Source: the human T2T-CHM13v2.0 reference genome, Homo sapiens. From it: a stretch of DNA of 64,000 nucleotides. Positions 31,800 to 43,175 of this stretch are shown here, in pieces (position 1 is the stretch's first letter; each line of letters starts with the position of its first letter). A program made the translations under genes and the position numbers. The stretch lies in NCBI RefSeq assembly GCF_009914755.1, contig NC_060930.1, one strand, 5' to 3'. Below the pieces are notes generated by a model. That model was not told the origin of the DNA and ran no database searches. It saw nothing but the letters and a program-made list of their open reading frames with translations.

Positions 31800-33030
31800 G
31801 ACCAGCCGCGATAATGACTGATAAGGGCGGTTAGTGATAAGCGATAAGGACAGGTACAGACATAGGACCGCTGGCTGGGCTCATCCAGAGCTGGCGCGCA
31901 GCCCTCTCCCTGCACTCGTACTGAACTGAGTCCAGTCCAGTCCCCCACAGGTTAGAGGTGAGACGGAAGCCATCGTGAGTTTGTTTTTTCAGCGAGTGCC
32001 GTTTCCTAGGTTGGATGACAAGCCAGCTTTGGTGGCCCTTCGCTCTCGCTACCCTAATAAACTACCTGGAGCAAGTCCTTCTTCAGAAACAAATCACCAC
32101 GTCAGCGCTCGGAGGGTGAAGCCCCTACTACTTTCTACTTTTGGTTGTGATGCTGGAGGCCCTTACAATTTCGCAGAACGTTTTGTGGACGCGCGAGCTC
32201 AGTGTTGCCCTTGCAATGGGGAAAACACCTGCTTTCCGGGTCCTCGTCCTCCCGGGAGCGCGGACCCTGAACAGCCCCCGTCCGACCTCCCCGGCTCATC
32301 ACCCCCTTCCAGAAACGCATGGAGCTCTTTTTCTTTGGACTGCCTCTTTTTTGTACTGGCCATCTCAAAATCAAACAAAACAAAAAACAAAAGAAAACAA
32401 AACAATATCACTCAGGTGTGAAGCCCCAGTGCAGAAAGTGAAAGTGGGACTAATCCCGGCTGCTGCAGCACCGCCGAGTGAGCGCCAGGGAGGGGCGGGG
32501 CTCCAGGGCACGGCGCCCGGTCACGTGACGCGCGTCCGCCCAATCCCAGCGGGCCCTCGCCGCGCGCAGAGCTGGGCCTGGGTAGCTCTTCTCTCTCAAT
32601 GAAAGCTATATTTTGGGCTGTTACCACCTAAACGCCATGTGGAAACAATGCACCTCCCTCCACTTCAGGTCCCCCTTGCCTGTAAACCTCGAGAGCTGGA
32701 CGTCCCTTAGCCTGGGAGTTCCTGGACACTGTGCACAATCACTCGTCAACCGCTACCTACTAGGTAGGCGGGAAAGAGCTTTGCTTTCTAGGCGTGTGTC
32801 TCCAGATGGGCCCAGGAAAGATAGGGCCTCAGTTCTCTCTGGTTTGTTTGCTGGGGAGGGAGTTAGAGCTGTAAGCCTCCTTCCTCCAAAAGGATGGTTG
32901 GAGGGAGTCCGAAACCTTTGGGTCCCAAGACATGACCTAAGGAGTCCCGCTGTCGCCACTCTTCCCGGTTTGGTAGAGGGGGCCCGTGAGTGGCATTTAG
33001 CTCTCGCAAAACTGGGCAGATAGACGCACA
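31800..33030. promoter_or_regulatory. CpG island 3
   Basis: CpG-rich unique sequence carrying a GATA cluster and core promoter motifs. Confidence 0.8.
32433..32544 (+). promoter_or_regulatory. Promoter module: PRDM1/IRF site, GC box, USF/TFE E-box, CCAAT
   Basis: AGAAAGTGAAAGTG 32433-32446; GGGGCGGGG 32492-32500; GTCACGTGAC 32520-32529; CCGCCC 32536-32541; CCAAT 32540-32544. Confidence 0.7.
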
Positions 33031-34490
33031 TGTCGACCCTCCTTTTACAATATTTCAAAATAATTCTGCATTGTTTCTCTACTGGAATCGTTAATTATGC
33101 ATAACTCAGTATCTTAATTTAAAGGAACTGAAGTCCTAACTTTGGGTTAGGTTCTCTTACAAAGACTTCAGGGATGTTTAGCTGGCATCTCGGGTTTGAT
33201 CCCCAAAATCCACCACGAAACAAAAGCTAGCTTTCCTAAACTCAGTAACAATAGGAGAACTGGTTTAAGCCACCTCTGGGTAGGCAACCCCCACCCCTAA
33301 AGCCCTCCTTACTCCAACCTGCCCCTAGGTATGTTTGTGTAATCAGAGACTGATTGTAGCTGCTTTGACGTTTCTCCTCGGGAAAGCTTAGTTTGCATTC
33401 ATTGAAGTTGCTTGCTTTCTAGGTTCATCTAGGCCAGCAGGGAAGGTGCCACTTGGAAGATTGCTGGGTTTCCTGCTTCGAAGTCTTCAGGAGCGGGCTG
33501 AGCTGCGCTGGTGTGCCGCTTAGGACTGCAATGAGGAGGGTGACGTTAGAAGGTCTTTAAAACGTTACGTTTACTATTTTAGGAAACAGATTTTCAAAGA
33601 ATCAAGGGTAGGGGACAAAATACATTTGGGCTAGGATTTTAGTGAAGAGGGATCACGCCCAGAATGAGGGATAGTAAAAGAGTGGTGGTATGGGGCTCTG
33701 ATATCGCTTAATCTGTAATCTCCGGCAGTGTTGATAGCTCTCCTCTGGCATTAATTCTTCAGTCTTTTAAAACGGAGTAGAAAGGGACGTTGGATTGATC
33801 ATTACGGTTTGTTTGGAGAATAGAATTTCGTGTCACCAACTTGGAAGGGTAAATGAATTGCAGAGTCGGATACAGCTAATTTGGGGGAATGTAAGCTGGA
33901 TGTCTTTTCCTAATTTATGAAACGTGAACGGGGGTAAGGTATTTATTTGTACGCTAGTTGAAGTGGGGCAGGAGCACTGATTCCTGGACAGTCACTCAAA
34001 AGCTGCGCCCAAAGTTTTAAAAAGCGCGGGGACGGTGGAGAGGGAGGCGAAGAGCCCGCGCTGCTGGGCTGGGCTCGGGTGCCGCGCTGGGGACGCCGCA
34101 TCTACTGAGCGGTCGCCGAAGACGCCGGGAGGCGAGGGGCGAGGTAAGACGCCGCCTAAAGAGGCCCGGGCTCTCCCCCGGGGTCGTTGTTGGAAAAGCA
34201 AATTCCACGGTGAACTCTACCAAGCTCAGCGCGTACACAGCTAGCGGCTCTGGATTGGACTGCATTCGCCTAAATTGCGTAATTAAAAAAAAAAATACAC
34301 CACTGCCACCCTACAGCGACGCTTCCGCTGGAAGACGAGCGGGGACGCGTGACAGCGCGGGGATAGCTTTTCTATTACGTTTCTTGTTCTCCGAGCTCGA
34401 GCCCCCTTTTAAAAAGTCGCTCACCAAAAACGGGGTGGGGGATGGAGGTGGGGACGAGAAGTTTCCGAATGCTGAGTTCATTTGGACGAG
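32600..34490 (+). other. PRDM1: Candidate non-coding alternative first exon(s) of a gene extending rightwards, tentatively the distal PRDM1 5' UTR exon
   Basis: Donors AGG|GTAGGG (33607), GAG|GTAAGA (34143) and GAG|GTGAGG (34490); no ATG in 34020-34143; intron-like T/G skew downstream. The gene name rests on my recollection of the CpG-island layout upstream of PRDM1 and is not verified. Confidence 0.5.
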
Positions 34491-35150
34491 GTGAGGAGAA
34501 CTAGGGTCCTAACAGCAGGTCCAGAGGACTCTCGAGATAGGTTTAGAGCCCGTCCTTTTGTCTGGAGTGTCGCGGGACTCCAGAAGTGGGTTGTGCAAGA
34601 CAAACTTCCAGATAAATCTTTGCCCGGATCCTCCTGCGGTCAAAGCATCAGTCCTGCCCGTAACTTCCTAACGACATCTTCTTGGAGCAGATTCCGCGGC
34701 GGGGATGGCTGGGTGTGCAAACCGAAAACAGTTTGTCAGCCCTCCAGTCCCGCCGCGTCGGGAATGCGCGCCCGGCCACGCGGTCCGACCGGGTCCGGGG
34801 ACGGCGCGCTTGTCGCGGGAGCCTCCCGGCTTGCGGAGGGCTTGAGTTTTTTGGCGGAGACAGAGGAAAGCCTCTGGTCGAGAGGATTAGAGCGCGCGTT
34901 TTCTCCGCCGAGCACGCTGCCCGACGCCGTCGCAGCCGCGCACTTCCCGGTTTTGAAAGCCAGAGAGATGAGTCAAGCGCAAAAGCTCCGGAGTGACAAT
35001 GCGAGCTTTTGGCCAGCCTCATCCTCCTCCCCATTCCCTTGCCTTCTTTTAGGTCTTCGGTTCGTGACAAGTGCATAGGTTAGGCTTGCACGGAAGAGGG
35101 TCGTGGCAGGTGCCAGCTCAGGGCACCTACCCGGCGTTGTCACGTTCCCT
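33990..35150. promoter_or_regulatory. CpG island 4
   Basis: Highest CpG density in the window; contains + strand splice donors. Confidence 0.88.
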
Positions 35151-38100
35151 TTGGGATCAATGATCTTTCATAACTAGGCTGGGCATGTTCGTGCAGCCCT
35201 CTGGGCACTCTGGGGGACGTTCTCATAAGGCTTTTTTTCTTTTCTTTTCTACCTTTTAACAGAACCTTCTAGGAAAAGTGTTTTTTAAAGTTTTAAATAT
35301 ACTGATGTCTACAGAAACGGATAACAAAATTTCAAAGCGGAAGGGAGGAAACAAAAGGAAAAGGTGTTTTACTTGGCAGTCATTGCTGAAGCTACCATAG
35401 TGTAGGATAGAGGAAGAGCGTTTCAGAAGAGAATTGGTTAAGTAAAACCTTCAGCTGTAACGTAATAGAAAAGACACAGTAAATGGGAAAAATAATAAAA
35501 TGTACACTAGATACATTACACAGACGATTGAGAACTTATGCTCCCACTGAAAGCCTCTTTCTCCCAGGGAGAATATTTATGGAGGAAAATTATTTAGTTA
35601 TTTTCACAGTATTACATTTTCCTTTGAATGAAAGTTTTTTTTTTTTAATCAGTCAGCTAGACTTGGTTCTTTAATTAGGAGGCACAATGAAGTTTCTAAC
35701 AGATGTTGTCAGCCACAAACTCTGATCCAAAATAATAAGTGTAACTAATTTTCGGGGACAATCTTTAGTTTGTAAGGCCTGAAATTAAAATACGATGCTT
35801 TTAAACACTGTGGTTCAAAAATGTAGGAAAACATTTGTTCCAGATCTTATAGTGGCACCATTTCCTTGCTCTGTGTTGGAAAAGCCTTAAGTAGGATATG
35901 ACCCTTCTCTCTCACTCCAAAACCTCTTTTTTCAAACTTGATTTCTTTCTGATCTTAGAAATTCTACTTTAAAAATATTTCCTGATTTTTAAAAGTCAGC
36001 CAGATGAGGTGAAATCCTTAAAATATAACATATTCCTGATCAGATCACATAACTTTTCTCATAAACTAAGTCTTATAAAGAATATGCTTAAGCAACTCTT
36101 CATCTAAATATAGCTTTCAAATATGTATAATTTAATCTGAATCGGTGTTGTCAAACTTCCAGTACCCTGAAATATAAGCACAAAGATCAAATTATCTATA
36201 ATTGTCAGATAAATGTGGTAGCCACTGGTTCTGCTTGGTGTAGTAAAAATTAATTAACAATTAATCATTTTTAAATTGAATATACAATGTTAAGACAAAA
36301 TATTGAGTGGGATGCTCTAATATATCCAGTTCTTAATTCTTGGCATGGCATCATGACTTCTAAACTCTATATGGTGTGTTGAAGATTTGAAGATTTGTCA
36401 TTGTAAGTTACCTGTTTCCTACACATTGGAAAGAGGGGGAAGTTAATACGTTTTCTATAGCATTCAACTCCTCTGCTGCCAAAACATCTTATAGTTTGGA
36501 CTGCATTTTAATATATGCCATATTTTGAAATCTATTTGGTTTTGAACAAGCTGCAGCCTCTGTGCAAATAACCTGTCATCCTTTAGTGGATCTTTATGGC
36601 TATTTTAAATAAAAGTTTTTTTAAAGTGCCAAGAGAGAACATTACAAAGTGAGGTCTGTCTTCTTGGGATTCTATATCTATTTGAGGGTGAAGGGTAGAT
36701 AGGGCTGATGTTACATCTTTTGACAGAGGGCTAGTAGAATCCTATGTTTCTGACACAAATTAAATGTGATTTCCGCCAAATTGACTGTCTCCTGGCGTGG
36801 AGGCACATCACCACGATTTTGGTTTGCCACATTGAAATAAATAAGAAAACAAAGGCTGGACTTGCAAAAGCTACTACTTATTTTTCAGCTTCTTTAATGA
36901 CTAGGATTCTTTCACTTATCTGCCCTGGACTACACACTGACAGGCTGCTGGAATTCTGAGCAGTAAAAAAATTCTAGATGGCCAATATAATTTAAATGAC
37001 AAATGTGTATTGAGCACATACTGTAAGGACAGGGGTAAAAAGTGGAAGACCAGTAACTCAGCCGTCCAAATGAATGGGCCTTACCAATAAGCCTAAGACA
37101 CTGGGATGGGGCTGCAACTTCTTTTCATAGCAGTTTCATAAGGCTTTCTTTTCTTTTCTACCTTTTAATAGAATCTCTGTTGAATGATTTTTTTTTATAT
37201 TGTGCTAAGTAGTTTTTCCTAGCTGTCTCAATTGTTCTAGAGCTTCTTCGTGTGTCATGGAAGGCCTGAAAGTCTGGGCCAGGATTATAATTGTTAAAAA
37301 AATCATTTTTCTCAGTTCGTTCTCTCTTTTTAAATACTAGGATATTTGCTTCGTTAATAGTAGAATTTTAGTCCTTTCTTTAAAAAAATTGTTTGTTTGT
37401 TCTTCATTAACATTAATGACATTTCTCAACTGCATTTGCTTCAGTCTCATTTGGGAATCTGCCTAGTCTTGTCTCCTTAACGGGTTAGCGGTGATGACAC
37501 CTTAGTACCAGAGGTTCCCTGAGTTTTGCTGTCAACTCACTTATATGCCTTTTTTAAGGGAAGTAGGTTGGAGGGGTTACCCTCATAAAGCTCGTATTCT
37601 CCATATTTGTAAAAGGGATTTTGAAACATTTCTTTACCCATTGGAAATTATAAAATCATCGGAGGCATTACAAAGTAGCAGAAAATGCTGGAAAACAAAA
37701 GAAGAGATCTATGGACTTTGTAATGGGCATTTGGATGAGAGCTTCTAGATTATGGACTGAAAAAAGGAACTATACTTTCTATTTCAGTAGTATTTTATTG
37801 TTCAATAGTGAAGTTTTAAATATGATGGTTTCTTGCCCTTCAAAAATGTACCTTAATACTGTATGCTCAAGCAGAATTAAAAAGTAAACTGGTTGAGTTT
37901 AGAAATATTCTATTAGAAAACTGTGTATGTTTAGTTGGTTTCTATTTTATGTTAAACAAAGTGCAGGGAGTTTGAATAAATGAATTTTAAGTATTTTTAT
38001 TACAAATTTAATTTACTTCTGGTTGTGGTTTTTTTAAGTTTGCTCTTATAGATAAACATTGCTGCCTTTCACAGCATTTCACATTTGAAATATCTGTATA

Positions 38101-38182
38101 TTGTGTTCTGGGTCCATCGAGCTGAAAGCTTGTGGCAAAATATTAACGTTTTTTCAATTTCTTAATTGAAAGGATACTTTAA

Positions 38183-38307
38183 GCTGTGAGAAGTGGCACG
38201 TGTCTGTAGTCCCAGCTACTTGGGAGGCTGAAGCAGGAGGATTGTTTGAGCCTAGGAGTTCAAAGCCAGCCTGGACAACATAGCGAGACCCCATCTCCTA
38301 AAAAAAA
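38183..38307 (+). mobile_element. FLAM Alu monomer
   Basis: Single arm plus polyA; TSD core atactttaa. Confidence 0.88.
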
Positions 38308-38792
38308 GGGAATACTTTAAATATAAGACATACTTGAAAAAACTTTTTAGAACATTTTACATTTGACATTTCTGTCTCTAACATAAATTAATATATAAGG
38401 TGCAACGTTTTGCTTGATAGGAAGTTTATACTGTAAATAAACCCATAAGTCAAATGAATATACTTGGTTTCTTTCTATACACATGACAGTTAATTTTACT
38501 TTATTTAGATTTTTGCTTCTCCTAGGATTACCAGTTTCAAAAAGTTTTTTCTTCAGTCAGACTTCGGGAAGCTAGTCCACCTAATTTAAAATAAAATGAC
38601 ATGAATTCCCAGTATTTCATTTGTTCATTTCACATCTTTTCTTTGTCTGCCCAAGGACTGTTAGTCAACTTTCATCAAAAGAAAACTATTTTTACCATTT
38701 ATAGTTCTGCCTCTGCCAGGCTGGTAATATCCATCTTCCCTTACTGGGTTACTATAATCAACCTGGCTATTGTTTTGCATTGGGATTTTTAA

Positions 38793-39139
<347 letters not shown>

Positions 39140-39157
39140 TAAAATTTAGAAAACAGG

Positions 39158-39290
39158 GGGTTGGGCAGCAGTGGCTCACACTTGTAATTCCAGCACTTTG
39201 GGAGGCAAGGTGGGAGGATCACTTGAGGCCAGGAGTTTGAGACCAGCCTGGGCAATATAGCAAGACCCCCATGTCTACAAAAAAAAAAAA
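39158..39290 (+). mobile_element. FLAM_C-like monomer
   Basis: Left-arm monomer; TSD core ttagaaaaca. Confidence 0.88.
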
Positions 39291-39747
39291 TTAGAAAACA
39301 CATTGTGACCAATTAGAACAAAATTTGTATACAAAAGTGACACGTTTTTTGCTTTTTTTGTTGTTGTTGTTCAGCCAGGGGCACTCCTCCTGTGGACTTT
39401 GATTATGTGTGTTGCCACTGCTGTGTTACTTGCCTTACACTAAGTCCTCTCAGACTCAAGTGTCATCGTGATGGGCTCAGGTGTACCTAAGCTACCTTCC
39501 AATTCCATGCCCTCCTTGCACTGGCTCAGGACCATGACTGCAGTAGAAATAAACTTAGACCTAGTGTTTACCAACAAGCTCATGTAACCTTTGGCGTGCA
39601 GGGCCTCAATTTCTTTATGGGTTAAATATAAGTTATTGAGATTAAATGATATTTGCAAAAATATCCAACTTAAATCCAAGAATTTCAGAGTATTTTAAGT
39701 TATTTTTAAAGGGCAAAGTATGTGACCTTCCTTTATCTATGTGTTTC

Positions 39748-40032
39748 TTTTTTTTTGAGACGGAGTCTTGCTCTGTCGCCCAGGCTGGAGTGCAGTGGCG
39801 CCATCTCGGCTCACTGCAAGCTCCGCCTCCTGGGTTCACGCCATTCTCCTCAGCCTCCCAAGTAGCTGGGACTACAGGCGCCTGCCACCACGCCTGGCTA
39901 ATTTTTTATATTTTTAATAGAGATGAGGTTTCACCGTGTTAGCCAGGATGGTCTCGATCTCCTGAGCTCGTGATCTGCCCGCCTTGGCCTCCCAAAGTGC
40001 TGGGATTACAGGCGTGAGCCACCGCGCCTGGC
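39748..40032 (-). mobile_element. AluY
   Basis: Y diagnostics; TSD ttatctatgt(g/a)tttc. Confidence 0.96.
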
Positions 40033-40174
40033 ATTATCTATGTATTTCAACTATACCAAAAAACTATAGAGAATATTATAAACCAACACCTATCTCCAAT
40101 ATACTTATTTCTGTGTACCTATCTCCAAGACATTTCAAAGCTATCTTTAACTCATCTTTAAAAAATATATACAA

Positions 40175-40362
40175 GCCAGGGGCAGTGGTGCACACCTGTA
40201 GTCCCAGCTACTCTCAAGGCTGAGGCAGAGGCTGAGGTAGGAGGATCGCTTGAAGCCAGAGGTTCAAGGCTGCTGTGAGCTATGATAGTGCCTTTGGATA
40301 GCCACTTCACTCCAGCCTGGGCAACACAGTGAGACTCCATCTTTAAAAAATAAAATAAAAAA
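40175..40362 (+). mobile_element. FRAM/AluJ right monomer
   Basis: Single right arm with a small internal duplication. Confidence 0.85.
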
Positions 40363-40379
40363 TTAAAATACGTACATTT

Positions 40380-41720
40380 TTAAATGTTAAAGCCTCCTAT
40401 ATACTCTTTCCATCTCTTTTCCCTCCCTCCCTCCCTCACCAAGGTTATTTCCATGTATGTTTTCCATGTATGTAATTTCCATGTATGTACAGACTTTTAT
40501 ATTTGTATGTATAGTAATGTTTGTCTTATTAAAGAAAGCTGACATAAATAGTATCATCATACACGTGTTCTTTTTAACTAAGCATTATGTTTTTCTGAGA
40601 TATATTCATACTGATATATGTTGCTTTGTTTCATTCCATTATCAGTACTGTAGAAGTTAATGGACATGCCATTATTAATTTATCTATTTTATAATGTTCA
40701 CTATTTCAAATGAGGCTGTTGTGAACTTCTCATACATATCTCCCTGTACACAGGTATAATTGTCTTTCTAGGATACCACATAGAAATGGAATTGTGGGGT
40801 CACAGGATATGAATATTATCAACTTTGATAAATATCACTAAATTGATTTTCAGAGTGGTTGCATTAATTTACACCGATACTATTATAGCTTCATGTGAGT
40901 GTTCCTTTTGCAAGTATATTGTCACCAACACTTTGATAAGGTCTGACATTCAAATACTTTTCCACTTCAGCTGGGTCTAAGATGGTGACTCATTTTTAAA
41001 TTATGTTTTCCTGACCTAGTGAAATTGAGCATCTTTTCACTGTTGGACACCTGGTTTTCCTCTGCTGTGAATTGCTTGTTCTTATCCTTTGCTCATTTTT
41101 TATTTGGGGAGATTTGTTTTCATTAATAATTTATTATTCTGTGTCTAGTGTGGATTCTAATTCCTTACTGGTATGTTTGCTGTAAAAATATTTTCCTAAA
41201 TCTTTGGTTTAGCCTTGCGTTGTTTATGGTGTCTTAAAAATGCAGAATGTTTTTAATACAATGAAATGTATTCATCTTGTAGAGTTTATCGTTTTGTCTT
41301 TTAAGAAATTCTCATCTAAAAGTTATAGATATAGTTACCCATATATTCTTCTAAAAGTTTCATAAAATTTTGTTGAGTCTTTAACTTACCTAAAATGTAT
41401 TGTTGTTGTTATGAGATAGAAAGCTGTTTTACTCTACCAAGTGGATAACTAAGTATCCAGGCACCTTTTGTTAAGTAGCCCATCCTTTCCTTGCACTTTT
41501 AAAATGCCATCTCTATCATGTATCAGTTTTATGTATACTTGTGTATGTCTCTTTTCTTGTCATTGGTCTATTTGTATTTGTTCCACTATCCCTGTTCCAT
41601 TACACTGGAGAACATTGCTGTATGTCTTGATATCTGATAGAGTGAGTTCCCAATTGTGTTTTTCAAAATTGTCTTGGTTATTCTTGGTGTTTTGCTCTCC
41701 TGTATGGATTGTAGGGTCAG
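40380..41720 (-). mobile_element. Old L1ME-type fragment
   Basis: ORF2-like peptide LTLSDIKTYSNV on the minus strand; tagaaatggaattgtggggtcacagg. Confidence 0.7.
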
Positions 41721-43070
41721 TAGATATACTTTTTAAAAAGTGGGAAAACATTATAAAAAGTATTTTTGAGCTAATATCCACAATAACTTTTTGTAGATCT
41801 GAAACTGGAAATATTTAATGGTTTCTCTATTTAATTGTTGGATCTTCACTGAAATGCAGTATGTGGTTGATACCAAACTAATTTGAAACCTGCTGTTGAA
41901 TTTGGCTGTCCTGAATTTCAGTGCATGAACAAAGTTGGAGAAGTTTAGATTAAAAAAAAAAATTGGAGCTTGACTAAGCTGAAGTGTTGGGTTGCAAAAA
42001 AAAAATGAGATTTTTTGTTTTCTTAAGTAGCATTTGAATTGAGATGTAGAGGTAAGGCCAGGTAATCGCTTTCTTTTCTCCTTTTGTCATTAAGCAGAGG
42101 TAGAACAATGGGTGTTACTTGAGAGCTGCCCTTCTAACCCTTGCTGCTCTTAAAATGCCTTCAGGTCATCACAAGGTTCTTAGTGGTGTTTTAATTTTTT
42201 AATTTAATGTTTAACTTCTGAGAGAATTGCTTATAAACATTTACTTTGTTGATGTTGCTGGGACATGGTTAGATAATGGTGGCTATGGGTGATGATAAGG
42301 GATTTCATAGTATGTTTATTTTGGGGAGCGATTAAAAGGATTGTCATAGTTTTATTTAATTGGAAATTTATTTTGGATTCTTTCGTCCTTAAGGCATCTA
42401 ATATTAGAAATGAATTTTAATGTTAAAATGTACAAAGATGTCTAACTCTTAAGGTTTTTAAAATGTATTCTGCTTTATACAAACTTAGAAAATATTTTTT
42501 ATTATCCTCATCAAATGTGACTTGACATCATAGTTGTTTTATAAATATTTTGAGATTTATTTCCTTACTTATTGTCTTTGCCCACTAGAAGAAAAAATGA
42601 TATTTGAGGCATTCTATTCATTCCGTGTTATAACTTATCAAGGATTGGCCCTAGATACTCTGTGTTTACCTATAGAGAGTGTGGTTGCTCGTTCAAGGTC
42701 CTGATTTTTCTCAATTTTTCATCCTTTTCTGTTCTGAGCTTCACTTGACCAGCTTCCTCAACTGTGTGTGGCCAAGAGAGGAGGAATAGAGTTGGCCATT
42801 CTCTTTTGGAGCATTCAGCAGGATTACATGTTATGGAATTTAGGAATTTTTACTTTATTATAATGCAATGTTATTAGTTTGTGATTATTTTTGTTCTTTT
42901 TCTTTTTTTGTAAGTTGATTTATTCCAAGTTAAGAAAGACCAAGATATACCTAGTCAGAGAATACCTTTACAGACATACATAGGAACAGAGATTTGGAAT
43001 TTAAGATAATTGCTCATTGATTCATTCACTCATCATACATAAGCATGCATATTATGAATAAAGTGTCAGT

Positions 43071-43175
43071 ATAATGTATTGTCCAAAGCAGGACACTTTT
43101 GAGACTGAAAGGGGGCATTAGGGACAATTATACCAGGACTATAAACACAAATCAGGATCTTCCCTGGCAGGTCAT
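43071..43175. mobile_element. MER94-like hAT DNA transposon relic
   Basis: gtccaaagcaggacacttttgagactgaaagggggc matches the MER94 core as I recall it. Confidence 0.65.

Noticed and set aside
34482-35078. 198 aa ORF in CpG island 4
   Set aside because: It starts at TTG, crosses a splice donor, and has GC-driven composition with overlapping ORFs on both strands.
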